Origin: Anaerolineae bacterium
GTDB lineage: Bacteria; Chloroflexota; Anaerolineae; UBA1429
DNA: 64,000 bases
Assembly: GCA_963675785.1 (NCBI GenBank)
Contig: OY776562.1
Location: 2,816,001 to 2,880,000 of the forward strand
Direction: 5' to 3'
Shown: one piece after another, positions 47,203-57,960 of the stretch
Numbering within the stretch: position 1 is the stretch's first letter
Layout: each line of letters begins with the position of its first letter
Position numbers and translations under genes: made by a program
The notes under the pieces: generated by a model
The model's database searches: none
Told to the model about the DNA's origin: nothing
The model's input: the letters and a program-made list of their open reading frames with translations, nothing else

Positions 47203-48143
47203 TTGTGTAGAACGGGAACGCTCACCTTGTGGTTCTGCCTCACGTAAAAACTCTCACCGCCATCACGCACAGTACGCACGAGGATGGTCTTGAATGGTCT
47301 AAAGTAATATTTGGCGTCCGTCTTATCTGCTTCGCTGGAAATATCCGGGCCCAGATCCTGTAAATCAAATACGGCAGTAGTAAAGTGATTAAGTGGTTGG
47401 TTCTTGGCAAAAGCTACGTTGCGGGCCATGGAAAGGGATTTGAGATAGACTTCTGGCCCCATCACAGCGGTGCCCATGCTCATAAAGACGCCGCCTTCCA
47501 GGTCGGTTATTTGCTGGGCGAATACCAAAAAATCATTGTATGAGGCCGCACCAAGGGCCGCGCCGTCGCAGTTGGGGTGTTCGTGGATGATATCATAACC
47601 AATGCTGACGTGAATGGTGACCGGGATATGCAAACGATAGCCCGCGGCCAGGATGCTAATATCGGCATGGGGTAGCTTCTCTTGTACGATGTATTGCCCC
47701 ACAGCCTCGCCAAAGCCGATATCCTGCCTGTGTGCAATGGCAGCAAGCTCGTTGAGTTTGCCCGTCTCTCGCCAGAGGCCGAACTGACCCTCGCTGATAT
47801 AGCGGGCCACACTTTCTGAAGTGGCACCGTGCATAGCCAACTCGAAATCATGAATACAGCCAGCACCGTTTAGGGCAACACCGGTAACAAGCCCACGTTC
47901 CATGAGGTCAATAACATAAGGAGCCAAGCCACTTTTGATGACGTGGGCGCCCATCATCCAGATAACGGGGTGCCCTTGTTCCCGGCTCTTGAGAATGCGC
48001 TTGGCAATCTCAGGGATATCCTCTTCAAGGTAATCGGGAACAGGATCATCAAGACGGGCCAACTCGTCCACATAAACATCACTGACGCGTTCTTCAAGGG
48101 GCAAGATTTTGAGTAGAGAACGATCAAATTTTGGGAAAGACAT
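47178..48143 (-). CDS. Conserved hypothetical protein (GSU2086-like)
   Basis: MGAHVIK, NGAGCIHDFE, TSESV, DIIHEHP, PEVYLK motifs. Confidence 0.65.
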   Translation of the reverse strand: MSFPKFDRSLLKILPLEERVSDVYVDELARLDDPVPDYLEEDIPEIAKRILKSREQGHPVIWMMGAHVIKSGLAPYVIDLMERGLVTGVALNGAGCIHDFELAMHGATSESVARYISEGQFGLWRETGKLNELAAIAHRQDIGFGEAVGQYIVQEKLPHADISILAAGYRLHIPVTIHVSIGYDIIHEHPNCDGAALGAASYNDFLVFAQQITDLEGGVFMSMGTAVMGPEVYLKSLSMARNVAFAKNQPLNHFTTAVFDLQDLGPDISSEADKTDAKYYFRPFKTILVRTVRDGGESFYVRQNHKVSVPVLHKCLTQEPR

Positions 48144-48177
48144 GTTCGCATCCTTGATGAGTGACTAGGGCGTAAAC

Positions 48178-49119
48178 CTAAAAGCCTTGTTCGTACATTC
48201 GACAGTAGCTCTCGTAACGGATATCGCTGATTTGCCCCGAGTCTACAGCTGCCTGAACGGCGCATTTTGGTTCGTGGAGGTGACTGCAAGGCTGAAAATG
48301 GCATTGGTCGCGAAAGGGCGCCATCTCTGGGAAAAAGGCATCGAGTTCTTGTGGCTGAATATCCCACAGACGAAAGGTGCGCAGACCGGGCGTATCTGCA
48401 ACAAAGGTCTCTTCTTCGAGATAAAAGAGCTCGGCTACAACGGTAGTATGCTTTCCCTTGCCATGGATCTCGCTGATCTCGCCAGTCTTGAGATTCAACT
48501 GAGGCCAAAGGGCGTTCATCACCGTGGATTTACCCACACCAGAAGGGCCCGTAAGTACAGATATCTTGCCATGCAGGGCATTGTATAGTTCAGACAAGCC
48601 CTGCCTGCTGACGGCGCTGGTGCGAATGACATGATAGCCGATTTCTTCATAGAGGTTCATAAGATCAGGCTCTGATTGGTCTACGATATCGACCTTGTTG
48701 GCAACAATGAGGATGGGTAATTCAACAGCTTCACAGGCCACAAGGTAGCGATCCAGCATGAGCGGGTTGGGCTCCGGATCGAGCAGTGAAAAAACAACGA
48801 CAACCTGATCGGGGTTAGCTACAATAACCTGAGCTTCTTCGCCTTTGCCATAATGAACCTGGCCTGGTCGAAAGGATCTCGGAGGGGGGGATTGTCGTAA
48901 AAGGGCCGATTTGCGCGGAAGAATATTCTCTATTATGGCGCCTTCGAGCTCGGAATAAAGAATCTCTACATGATCACCAATAGCGACAAGCTGGACATCG
49001 GATTTGTTCTTTTTGATGCGACCACGCATCCGGCAATCCAGTTCTGTGTCACCAATGCGTACATAGTAATGCCCACCATGTACGCGTATTACAGTACCGA
49101 TTTGCGTCTCTGAATCCAT
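48178..49119 (-). CDS. rsgA: Ribosome small subunit-dependent GTPase A
   Basis: NKVD, GPSGVGKS, GKHTT, DTPG, C-x4-C-x-H-x5-C zinc finger. Confidence 0.95.
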   Translation of the reverse strand: MDSETQIGTVIRVHGGHYYVRIGDTELDCRMRGRIKKNKSDVQLVAIGDHVEILYSELEGAIIENILPRKSALLRQSPPPRSFRPGQVHYGKGEEAQVIVANPDQVVVVFSLLDPEPNPLMLDRYLVACEAVELPILIVANKVDIVDQSEPDLMNLYEEIGYHVIRTSAVSRQGLSELYNALHGKISVLTGPSGVGKSTVMNALWPQLNLKTGEISEIHGKGKHTTVVAELFYLEEETFVADTPGLRTFRLWDIQPQELDAFFPEMAPFRDQCHFQPCSHLHEPKCAVQAAVDSGQISDIRYESYCRMYEQGF

Positions 49120-49130
49120 GCTCCCTCGAA

Positions 49131-49808
49131 CTAGGCCTGGCAATTAGGCCGCCAGTGCCGATATCGCCATAGCGCTTTGAGTGCGGGAAAGCCGTCTCTC
49201 CAAGGAGAAAGCTTTTTCTCTTCTCGTGGTTCGTACGAGACGGGCACTTCGTAGATTTTGATGCCTTGGCGGATGACCTTGGCAGTTATTTCCGGCTCAA
49301 GGTCAAAGCGGTTGCATTCTATATCAAGGCAACGGGCGATATCCAATTCCATGACCTTGTAGCAGGTTTCCATATCGTGCAGGTGCACACCATAGAGGAT
49401 GTTGGTCAACCAGGTAAGCCCTTTATTGCCTAAACGCAGCAATGTCTTTTGCCCTTTAAAACTGCGTACACCATATACTACGCGCGCTTTGCCATTGTAA
49501 ATCGGTTCGATGAGCGCTGGGTAATCGTTGGGATCGTACTCGAGGTCTGCATCCTGAATGATGACGACGTCACCGCTGGCCGTTGCCAACGCAGTCCGAA
49601 TTGCTGCCCCTTTGCCCTTGTTGGTCTCGTGCCGAATGGATACGAGTTCGGGAATATGGCTTTGGGCAAGGATATCGCCAGTCGCGTCGCTGGAGCAATC
49701 ATCAACAACAATGATCTCTTTATCGATAGGGACGGCAGAAACACGATTGAGCAGTTCTTCCAGACCAGCTTCTTCGTTATAGACTGGAATCAGAACAGAC
49801 AACTTCAT
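49131..49808 (-). CDS. GT2 glycosyltransferase (polyprenol-phosphate mannosyltransferase-like)
   Basis: [36 protein letters not shown]. Confidence 0.9.
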   Translation of the reverse strand: MKLSVLIPVYNEEAGLEELLNRVSAVPIDKEIIVVDDCSSDATGDILAQSHIPELVSIRHETNKGKGAAIRTALATASGDVVIIQDADLEYDPNDYPALIEPIYNGKARVVYGVRSFKGQKTLLRLGNKGLTWLTNILYGVHLHDMETCYKVMELDIARCLDIECNRFDLEPEITAKVIRQGIKIYEVPVSYEPREEKKLSPWRDGFPALKALWRYRHWRPNCQA

Positions 49809-49857
49809 TCGCAAATCCTCGAATAGGGCCAGTGCCCGGTGTTGAGGTGTAAACCTC

Positions 49858-49897
49858 ACTTGGTTGGGTGTGTTTCCTAAAACACACCCAACCAAGT
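49858..49897. repeat. Perfect 18-bp inverted repeat
   Basis: ACTTGGTTGGGTGTGTTT-CCTA-AAACACACCCAACCAAGT. Confidence 0.9.
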
Positions 49898-49927
49898 ATA
49901 CGTGAAGGCAAAGTCCTCCGCAAAGTG

Positions 49928-51082
49928 CTAAGCAGAAGGTTCGAGGAGTTTGTCATAGATGCGATACGTACGGTAGATACGTGCGCCCATCATCTCGATG
50001 CTTCGCCTTACGCGATAGTTATCTTCGAGAATCCACGAGCATTCAATATGGCGCATACCCAGAGAGCGGCCGTAGCGGGCACCTTCTTCATAGAAAACAG
50101 CCTCTATGCCTTTGAGACGGTACTCCTCCAGAACGCCCATAATAAGGATGCGCATACCGTTGATCCGCGGTTTGTACCACAAGAGCTTGGCCCAGCCAAA
50201 TGGCACTATGCGGCCATTCATGTGTTCGAGTACCTGGTTAAAATCTGGGAGGCCCACAAAGACGCCCACAGCTTTGCCATCAATATAGGCAACATAGGTC
50301 AGCTCTGGTTGGTAGAACATTTTTAGTGTGTTGGCTAAATTATTGAATTCGGCATCGGTCATGGGCAATTCGCCCCAGTTCTTTTCCCAGGCGTGCTGAT
50401 AGATAGGCTTGATCTCGGCAATCTTTTCATCAAAGTTGGCTTTGCTAACGTGTTCTATGGTGACATTGAACCGCTGGCGGGCAATTTCAGCTACCTGGTG
50501 TACTTTTTCAGGAACTCCCTCTAGCTCTTCGCCATACTCTTCGAGATCGGCATAATAAGCATAGACATCTTTGCTTTTGGTAAGGCCATATGTTTCATAA
50601 AGCTGCTCATAGTAGGGAGGATTATAAGCCATCAAAATCACAGGTTGACCGGGTTCACCGTCTATGAGCAGCCCTAGAATGTCATTGACATCCATGCTGG
50701 CAGGCCCGCGCATGGCATCCATGCCTTGCTCGGCAAGCCAGTTTCCTGCCGCAGAAAACAGGGCATTGGCCACGTTCTGGTCGTTCACACACTCAAACTC
50801 ACCAAAAAAGCCAATGTTTTCCTTCCAGGTTTTGATGTGCATGTCGTTCACGATCGCGGCGATGACGCCAACTGTCTCTCCATCCGCAAGAGCCCTGAAC
50901 AATTGTACGTGTGCATGTTCATAAAAGGGGTTTTTCTTGAGGTTAAAGTGCTGTTTTCTGTCCATGAGGAGTGGTGGAACCCAATAGGGATCATCTTTAT
51001 AGAGCCTGAAAGGGAATCTGATGAAATCCTTTAAGGCTCGGCGGTCTGTAACTGGTTCGATGATAACATTCTCATAAGGCAT
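49928..51082 (-). CDS. GNAT-fold N-acetyltransferase (YghO-like)
   Basis: WVPPL, NPFY, GFFGEFE, YNPPYY, LPDFN, SWILEDN; GGGAG RBS before ATG 51082. Confidence 0.8.
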   Translation of the reverse strand: MPYENVIIEPVTDRRALKDFIRFPFRLYKDDPYWVPPLLMDRKQHFNLKKNPFYEHAHVQLFRALADGETVGVIAAIVNDMHIKTWKENIGFFGEFECVNDQNVANALFSAAGNWLAEQGMDAMRGPASMDVNDILGLLIDGEPGQPVILMAYNPPYYEQLYETYGLTKSKDVYAYYADLEEYGEELEGVPEKVHQVAEIARQRFNVTIEHVSKANFDEKIAEIKPIYQHAWEKNWGELPMTDAEFNNLANTLKMFYQPELTYVAYIDGKAVGVFVGLPDFNQVLEHMNGRIVPFGWAKLLWYKPRINGMRILIMGVLEEYRLKGIEAVFYEEGARYGRSLGMRHIECSWILEDNYRVRRSIEMMGARIYRTYRIYDKLLEPSA

Positions 51083-51258
51083 AAGGGCATCTCCCGATGA
51101 TGGGTGGGCTTGAACTCTTGAACACTGGCTATGACTTTTGGATTCGCCCGTGTTCATGTTGGCCATTATAACGTGTTAAAAAAGTCAATCAACCTTTGCC
51201 TTACGACTCTAGTGAGGTTATGATAGCCGGACAGGTTTTACGTGTAAGGAGTATTGAT

Positions 51259-52653
51259 GTGAAGATAGAGTTCTGGGGAGCGGCTAGATCGGTTACCGGT
51301 TCGATGCATCTGCTCACTGTAAACGGAACCAAGATTTTATTGGATTGCGGGCTCTACCAGGGTAGGCGGCAAGAGGCGTTCGAACGTAACCGGAACTTGC
51401 CGTTCGATGCAACTCAAATCGATGCCATGATTCTTTCTCATGCTCATGTTGACCATAGCGGGAATATCCCCAATCTTGTCCATTCCGGGTTCAAGGGGAA
51501 TATCTATGCGACTTTTGCCACCCGGGATTTATGCAGCTATATGCTGCGAGATTCGGCGCATATCATGGAATCGGATGTGTACTATTTGAATAAAAGGCGC
51601 CGTCGAGAGGGGTTGCCGTTGCTTGAGCCCATTTATGAAACTCGGGATGCAACGCGCGCTCTGTCCTATTTTGTTGGCATGGATTATGAGCGAACTATGT
51701 ACGTTGGCCCGGGGGTTAAGCTCACTTTTTATGATGCCGGCCATATTCTGGGATCGTCATTGGTGGTGTTGGATATCGAAGAAGAGGGGCGCTCGTATCG
51801 TCTGTTGTTCACGGGGGACTTGGGGCGTAACGATCTGCTCATCTTGAACGATCCTCAACCAGTCTCTGGCGTCGATTATCTTATCACTGAGAGCACCTAT
51901 GGCACGCGGTTGCATGGCTCACCACTGGTCGCTGAACAAGAGTTGGAGCGAGTAGTCAATGAGACCTACAAGCGGCGCGGTAAACTGATCATTCCTGCCT
52001 TTTCCGTGGGGCGCACCCAAGAGATCGTCTATGCCCTGCATCGCTTGCGGGTGGCTGGCCAGATTCCTTACTTGCCCATCTATGTGGATTCTCCCCTTTC
52101 TACCAATGCCACCGAGGTGTTCCGGCTTCACCCAGAATATTATGATGCCGAAACTTACGAGTTTATGCTCAAATACAAAGATCCCTTTGGATTCAGTCAA
52201 CTTCGCTATATCCGTCAGGTGGAGGACAGCAAAGCACTGAACACACGCACAGAGCCGATGATTATCATCAGTGCTTCGGGCATGTGTGAAACGGGGCGCA
52301 TTCTGCACCACCTGAAGAACAATATCGAAAACCCCAAGAATACTATTCTGTTTGTCTCTTTCCAGGCAGAAAACACACTGGGCCGGCGGATTCGCGATGG
52401 CGCCGAGCGGGTACGTATCTATGGCCAAGAATACGACGTTCGAGCCAAGATCGAGGCTATTGATGGCTATAGCGCTCATGCAGACCGAGCAGAGCTGTTG
52501 GCCTTTGCCGAAAAATCGGGCGGAGCCAGCATCAAAGAGGCATTTGTGGTGCATGGTGAAGAGGAATCGGCCTTGGCCATTGGCGAGGCTCTCAAAGAAA
52601 TGGGCATTGTCCAGGTTGAGGTGCCCGAGCGCGGGCAATCTTTTATCATCTAG
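51259..52653 (+). CDS. MBL-fold beta-CASP ribonuclease-like hydrolase
   Basis: GAARSVTGS, SHAHVDHSG, AGHILGS, ESTYG, ASGM, SAHAD. Confidence 0.92.
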   Translation: MKIEFWGAARSVTGSMHLLTVNGTKILLDCGLYQGRRQEAFERNRNLPFDATQIDAMILSHAHVDHSGNIPNLVHSGFKGNIYATFATRDLCSYMLRDSAHIMESDVYYLNKRRRREGLPLLEPIYETRDATRALSYFVGMDYERTMYVGPGVKLTFYDAGHILGSSLVVLDIEEEGRSYRLLFTGDLGRNDLLILNDPQPVSGVDYLITESTYGTRLHGSPLVAEQELERVVNETYKRRGKLIIPAFSVGRTQEIVYALHRLRVAGQIPYLPIYVDSPLSTNATEVFRLHPEYYDAETYEFMLKYKDPFGFSQLRYIRQVEDSKALNTRTEPMIIISASGMCETGRILHHLKNNIENPKNTILFVSFQAENTLGRRIRDGAERVRIYGQEYDVRAKIEAIDGYSAHADRAELLAFAEKSGGASIKEAFVVHGEEESALAIGEALKEMGIVQVEVPERGQSFII

Positions 52654-52680
52654 AAAAGCGTAAAATGAAACCGGAGGGTC

Positions 52681-53259
52681 TTAGGACTCTCCGGTTTCGC
52701 TTTGAAGGGGTAATTCCAGATCGTTTTCCCAAACGCTTCCCTGGCGTTGTCGAAGAAGTGACAAGGTGCTGGAGATAAAGCCAACATTCAACTTGATCGA
52801 TTGCGTACGCTGGGTGAATTCCCTCATCTCAGCTTCCGAAAGGCCCAGCCCCAGGGTTACATGAGGCATGTACTGATCGATCGTCCAGGCGCGAAATTGC
52901 TCACTCTCGGGCGTAACGGCCTCGGCAAAAGTTTCGAGCAAGTCGTTATGCAACGCAATATACGGAGAAGGATCAGCGATGCCCAGATAAGGTGTGCTGA
53001 TATCGCCGTCCCTAAAAGTTCCAATGGTGTTAAGCACCGTGTATAGAGGGAGATAATCTTTAAGCAGGGTAGAGGCACGCTGGATTCCTTGGTCAAAAGC
53101 ATCTTGATGAGCAATAATCGCAGGCCCCAAAACGGAGATATGGTATCCCATAGCAGGACGCGTCGTGCCTACGATGGTCAGGAACGAATCCTCGATTAAG
53201 ACTTCAGTCTTGCGTTCTAGCCTAACGGCAAAAAGAATGCGCTCTGGACGAGGAGGCAC
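52681..53259 (-). CDS. 2H phosphoesterase (2'-5' RNA ligase family)
   Basis: Two HxS/T motifs: YHISV and PHVTL. Confidence 0.7.
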   Translation of the reverse strand: MPPRPERILFAVRLERKTEVLIEDSFLTIVGTTRPAMGYHISVLGPAIIAHQDAFDQGIQRASTLLKDYLPLYTVLNTIGTFRDGDISTPYLGIADPSPYIALHNDLLETFAEAVTPESEQFRAWTIDQYMPHVTLGLGLSEAEMREFTQRTQSIKLNVGFISSTLSLLRQRQGSVWENDLELPLQSETGES

Positions 53260-53292
53260 GGGGGCTCCTTTGACTGTGTGATCATATCTATT

Positions 53293-53769
53293 CTAATAGA
53301 CCACAGCCATTGTGCAAGGGGTCAGATCTTTTAGGTGTGAGAGTAATGCCCGGAGCTCTTTGACTACATTCCTTCTTTCGCGAGGATCGAGCGGCAAGGC
53401 TCGATATTCGTCCGTATCATCCAAAACGAAGGATTTGTCTGGCAAGATGATGACATCCAGGGCCAGATCAGTCCAGATGAGGGTGTTTTCTTGGATGACG
53501 GCCGGACGAGTTAGATTACAGTACCAGCCCCGCAGTTTACCATCGGGAGCATGGATTTCCATGATATTGAACCAGCGATTATGAGGGTAGTACTCGATGA
53601 ACGTATCGCCATGCAAGACGTCAAAGGGACCTAACATTCAGGTATCATGATCCCAGCGGCAGCGGAGGACCGTTTCATGCTCGTTTTGCGTGACGAGATG
53701 CCCTTTATAGCTGGTCACATAATCTCCATGATGGTCACATTTGGTAATGAGCCAAGTATTATTGGTCAT
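53293..53769 (-). pseudogene. DUF402 family gene interrupted by an in-frame TGA at codon 44
   Basis: ATG 53769 overlaps the upstream stop (ATGA); MTNNTWLITK...RWDHDT*MLGP...GWYCNLTRPA...DLALD in one frame; stop at 53638-53640. Confidence 0.7.
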
Positions 53770-54536
53770 AGGGTAATCCCCAGTGAGGCGAGAAGATTGT
53801 TTCGCAGTGTAGAGAACTCGGCTGTGCTGACTAGGTGTTGGTGCCGAGGCCTAGGTAAATCGACGGCGAGTTCTGCAACAACGTGGGTTGGCCTTGGCGA
53901 AAGCGCATAGACGCGATCAGCCAGGAGTAGGGCTTCGTCTACGTCGTGGGTAACCAGCACCATGGTGAGTTCTAGACGCTGCCATATTTGGGCCAGCCAG
54001 TCGCGCATCTGTAAGCGGGTCAGGGCATCCAGGGCACCCAGGGGCTCGTCCAGCAGCACCAACTCTTGGTGGCAGAGGAGTGTTCGCAGCAGGGCAGCAC
54101 GCTGGCGCATCCCGCCGGATAAGGTAAAAGGTAGAGATCCCTCGAACCCGCTAAGGCCAAAGAGCGGTAAAAGCTCTCTGGCCTCCTTTTCTGCGCTAGA
54201 ACGATCTACACCCATCACCTCGGGGCCAAGCAGTACGTTATCTAAAAGATTCCTCCAGGGCAACAGCAGATCATGCTGGGGCATATACCCCACATTGCCC
54301 AGAAGGGAGAGCCCAGGGTTTTCTTCTAGGGCAATCTCTCCCTCATCTACTTTCAAAAGGCCAGCGAACATGTTCAGCAGGGTACTCTTGCCGCAACCGG
54401 ACGGCCCGACGATGGCCACGAACTCACCGTGTTGAATCGACATGTTGATATCGTCAACGACCAGCATTTGCTGTTCATTCACAACAAAGGATTTAGAGAT
54501 ATGCCTGGCGCTAAGAAGTGACAGTTGGTTATCCAT
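53766..54536 (-). CDS. ABC transporter ATP-binding protein (ThiZ/TauB-like)
   Basis: GPSGCGKST, LSGGMRQR, LLDEPLGALD. Confidence 0.92.
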   Translation of the reverse strand: MDNQLSLLSARHISKSFVVNEQQMLVVDDINMSIQHGEFVAIVGPSGCGKSTLLNMFAGLLKVDEGEIALEENPGLSLLGNVGYMPQHDLLLPWRNLLDNVLLGPEVMGVDRSSAEKEARELLPLFGLSGFEGSLPFTLSGGMRQRAALLRTLLCHQELVLLDEPLGALDALTRLQMRDWLAQIWQRLELTMVLVTHDVDEALLLADRVYALSPRPTHVVAELAVDLPRPRHQHLVSTAEFSTLRNNLLASLGITL

Positions 54537-54537
54537 A

Positions 54538-55518
54538 CTATTTTGGCAGGAATTCGTTAGTGAAAGCAGCGGCCGGATCGATTTCCTTAGCCAATAATCC
54601 GTTATCGTACATCCAGGCGGCAAAGGTGCTCCATTTTTCGGGATCCTGAATGCCCCAAGAGTCTGCGTCATCCTGATAGCGGGGGCTGAGCCAGGCCTGG
54701 CTGGCCTGGGCCAATTCAGCATCGGTTTCTGGCGAGTACTTGAGCAGGATTTCAGCGGCTTTATCAGGATTTTCAATAGCGTATTCGTACCCGCGGGCCG
54801 TGGCGCGCATAAAGCGCTCAACCAAATCCGGGTTATTGGCGATGGTACTCTCGCCAGAGATGATCACCGGCGTATAGTAATCAGGGAGACAGTCGCCGTA
54901 CAGTGGTACACTGACGAGTTCGACACCCTGCAACTCGGCCTGAATGCCATCCCATCCGAGGAATATCCAAGCTAAATCGACTTGTCCACCCACTAGAGCA
55001 GGATAGGCATCAAATCCCACATCCACAAACTCGATCTTGGAAGCATCCGCGTCCTCACAAGCCATCAGACCTTCCAGAATGGGCGCTTCGATAGGCAGGC
55101 TATAGGAAGCATAGGTCTTGCCTTCGAAATCGGCAGCGCTCTCGATGCCCGAGCTGGCCAACGCAGCAAAAGCCGAAGTATTGTGTTGGATGATGGCACC
55201 AATGGACACCACGGGAATGTCGTTGGATCTGGCGACTGTCACCTCTTCTTCAAAGCTCACGCCGAACTCGGTGTTACCGGCACCAACCTGCTTGAGCGCT
55301 GCCGAGGGATCGGAGGGGATCTGAATCTCCAAGTTGATACCCTCTTCTTCGTACCAACCCTTATCCAAAGCCACGTAAAAGCCAGTATGATTGGTGTTGG
55401 GCACCCAATCCAACGAAAGGACAGCCGACTCTAGATCATCCTCGGTTGATGAACAAGCCGCCAGCGGCATAATCAGCATGATGGCGACAATAACATAGAG
55501 CAATAGGTTCTTTTTCAT
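54538..55518 (-). CDS. ABC substrate-binding lipoprotein (ThiY, NMT1/THI5-like)
   Basis: Lipobox LAAC, LDWVPNTNHTG, DYYTPV, FTNEFLP; under TPP riboswitch. Confidence 0.9.
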   Translation of the reverse strand: MKKNLLLYVIVAIMLIMPLAACSSTEDDLESAVLSLDWVPNTNHTGFYVALDKGWYEEEGINLEIQIPSDPSAALKQVGAGNTEFGVSFEEEVTVARSNDIPVVSIGAIIQHNTSAFAALASSGIESAADFEGKTYASYSLPIEAPILEGLMACEDADASKIEFVDVGFDAYPALVGGQVDLAWIFLGWDGIQAELQGVELVSVPLYGDCLPDYYTPVIISGESTIANNPDLVERFMRATARGYEYAIENPDKAAEILLKYSPETDAELAQASQAWLSPRYQDDADSWGIQDPEKWSTFAAWMYDNGLLAKEIDPAAAFTNEFLPK

Positions 55519-56336
55519 TTGTCTCCAATCTCCTCCCAAACTTCTTGCTTGGAAGATTCAAAAAACCAGGGGATGGTCAATCGTTCGATGATGGATACCA
55601 ACGCAAATAGAGCAATGCTGATGATCGAAGTGACCAAAATGCTGGCGAACACCCAGTCTGTACGGAACGAGTTGGTAGCACGCAGCATGAAAATGCCCAG
55701 TCCTTTACTAGCGCCGACCCATTCACCCAAGATAGCTCCCACCACGCTATAGGTGATGCCGATGCGGATGCCGGAAAAGATGATGGGCAGCGCGCCGGGA
55801 ATGCGCACCTTGAAGAGGAGTTGCTTTTGGCTGGCCCCCATGGTGCGCAATAGGTTCACCAATTCACGGTCGCTGGCGCGCAGGCCATCGGCGGTGCTGA
55901 TGACGATGGGGAAGAAGCAAACCAGCGCTACCACAATGACTTTGGGCAGAATGCCATAGCCGAACCAGATGGCCAGAATAGGAGCTATGGCCACCGTGGG
56001 TATGGTTTGTGAAGTTACCAACAAGGGGTAGAGAGCTTTTCTAGCCGTTGGTGAAAGATCAATGAGAAATCCCAACCCCAACCCCAGCATTAGGGCGGCA
56101 GAAAAGCCGAGCAGTGTCTCCAAAAAGGTCTGCCAGATATGCGGCGAGAGCACATCCCACGATTCCACCAGACTTTTCAAGATGTCGATGGGCGAGGGCA
56201 GCAGCCAGCTTTGCACATCGAAAATCATCACGCCGAGTTGCCACAACACAGCCAGCAATAGAACGACCAATACTGCCGGCAGCCAATTGGCGGTCTGTCG
56301 CCAGGCATGAGTCCGTTGAGGTGATCTTGGACTCAT
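55515..56336 (-). CDS. ABC permease (ThiX/TauC-like)
   Basis: LLPSP, SQTIP, FFPI, MGAS, GEW. Confidence 0.9.
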   Translation of the reverse strand: MSPRSPQRTHAWRQTANWLPAVLVVLLLAVLWQLGVMIFDVQSWLLPSPIDILKSLVESWDVLSPHIWQTFLETLLGFSAALMLGLGLGFLIDLSPTARKALYPLLVTSQTIPTVAIAPILAIWFGYGILPKVIVVALVCFFPIVISTADGLRASDRELVNLLRTMGASQKQLLFKVRIPGALPIIFSGIRIGITYSVVGAILGEWVGASKGLGIFMLRATNSFRTDWVFASILVTSIISIALFALVSIIERLTIPWFFESSKQEVWEEIGDK

Positions 56337-56602
56337 CTGCCGCTCTCCTCACTATTTAGCGAGAGGGGGCAGGTGTTGGAAAGCGTGCATTGCATCACCA
56401 CAGCGTATTGGGCCGCCACGCGGCTGAACATAGCATTCAGTGCTGCTTGAACAGCTTCCATTTCGCCGCTGATCAGCGTGCTCATGGTGCCGATCTGATA
56501 ATCGACCTCATATTCCTGCAAGACGCTGATAGCCAAGTCGATAGCCGGCGCTAGATTATCGCTTCCTAGTGGATAGACGCTCACCTGTGCACTGACAATC
56601 AT
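56333..56602 (-). CDS. Thiamine-binding protein (YkoF/MTH1187-like)
   Basis: AQVSVYPL, GTMSTLISG, SNTCP; operon context. Confidence 0.8.
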   Translation of the reverse strand: MIVSAQVSVYPLGSDNLAPAIDLAISVLQEYEVDYQIGTMSTLISGEMEAVQAALNAMFSRVAAQYAVVMQCTLSNTCPLSLNSEESGR

Positions 56603-57285
56603 GATTTATCCCCCCGTATGACAAGCAGAGCGCCTTTACCTCTGCAAAAGACTTGGCCCAGCCTTTCCACGAAATGCCCCCACCAGGGTGCGGCGCCGTT
56701 TGGCCCATAGAATACCGAACTACTCCAGCGTGTTTGGCAAGCGGGCAGCAGGGCAGCGAGTTCGGAGGCGCTGTAATAGCGAGCGTAAGCAAAGGGCGTC
56801 TCGCTCTGTGATGCTTCCTGATCACGGGCGGCGGCCCAAGAACTGCGACTGTTGAGCACGCCCAGCACCAGACGTCCGCCTGGTTTGAGCACGCGCAGCA
56901 TCTCTTGAACAGCTGCCTGGGCGTCGGCCATGAATTCGAGCGCCGTGATGCAGGTTATCAGGTCAAAAGAACCATCTCCAAAGGGGAGGGTATCTGCTGA
57001 GCCAAGGTGCCAGTCCACAGCGTCGGTTTTGGCGCAGGCCACCTCGTACATGGCAGCTGAGGCATCGATGGCGGTTACGTCGAGCCCCAACTCATTCAAC
57101 AGGCAGGCGAAATGGCCTGTTCCAGTGCCCACGTCCAAGGCTTTTTCTCTCGCACGCGGCTGGGCCAGGCGCAAGATGAGCCGCGTTTCCAGTTCGTCGG
57201 TCAGGGCTCCAGCGGGCGTTTCGAACCAGGCGTCATATCCACGCGCCAGAGGTTGTGCTTCCCAGGGATTAATGTGTTCTGTCAT
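56599..57285 (-). CDS. Class I SAM-dependent methyltransferase
   Basis: YDAWF, LDVGTGTG, LPF.DGSFD, RVLKPGG. Confidence 0.88.
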   Translation of the reverse strand: MTEHINPWEAQPLARGYDAWFETPAGALTDELETRLILRLAQPRAREKALDVGTGTGHFACLLNELGLDVTAIDASAAMYEVACAKTDAVDWHLGSADTLPFGDGSFDLITCITALEFMADAQAAVQEMLRVLKPGGRLVLGVLNSRSSWAAARDQEASQSETPFAYARYYSASELAALLPACQTRWSSSVFYGPNGAAPWWGHFVERLGQVFCRGKGALLVIRGDKS

Positions 57286-57941
57286 TGCCCACTTCCTTGC
57301 CGGGGGGTATGGATAGCCAACAGCGTACCCTGCTGAATTTCGACAGTGGCAACGGAACCTGTGAAAACGTTGCTGATGCCCCGTGCGGCACCTACGCGCA
57401 GGGGTTCATCGATGAGTGGGTAGTAAAGGCCCGCTGTGCGTACACCGGTCACATCGCCACCCAGCGGCACAAGCGAGAGCAGATCTCCCGGCTCGCCCTT
57501 TATTTCTGCACAGTCGTGGATGATAAAGACAAAAGATTCGCCGTCATAGATGGCAACCTTTAGCTCTTTGAGCACGTCCATATAGAGCAAAAGAATGTTG
57601 GCGAGCAGATGATCGACACGGCCGCCCGTGGCCCCGAGGAGGGTGATTTCGGAGGGATTCAGGCTAGCAGCCAAGATTAGGGCCAATTCAGCATCGGTCT
57701 CATTCTTTTCTGGCGGATATCTCTCAATACGGCAACCAGCGGCTTGGCAGGCGAGAAGAGCTTCTTGTGTGGCCGAGTCGAGGTCGCCAATGAGAACATT
57801 CGCTATCCGCCCGTTGGCATGCAGCCAGTTGATGCCGCCGTCAGCCGCAATGATATAATCGCAGCTATCGAGTAGCGCTAATTGATACTCTGGCCATGGG
57901 TATTTACCGTTGAGAACAACGGCGATATGTCGGTAGGTCAT
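57282..57941 (-). CDS. thiN: Thiamine diphosphokinase
   Basis: AADGG, GDLDS, EKNETD, GGRVDH, GLYYPL, GISN. Confidence 0.92.
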   Translation of the reverse strand: MTYRHIAVVLNGKYPWPEYQLALLDSCDYIIAADGGINWLHANGRIANVLIGDLDSATQEALLACQAAGCRIERYPPEKNETDAELALILAASLNPSEITLLGATGGRVDHLLANILLLYMDVLKELKVAIYDGESFVFIIHDCAEIKGEPGDLLSLVPLGGDVTGVRTAGLYYPLIDEPLRVGAARGISNVFTGSVATVEIQQGTLLAIHTPRQGSGQ

Positions 57942-57960
57942 AGTTCACTATCCTCAGATG

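Noticed and set aside
53638-53640. Selenocysteine recoding of the DUF402 TGA
   Set aside because: No clear SECIS hairpin and no redox Cys-type context; nonsense mutation is simpler
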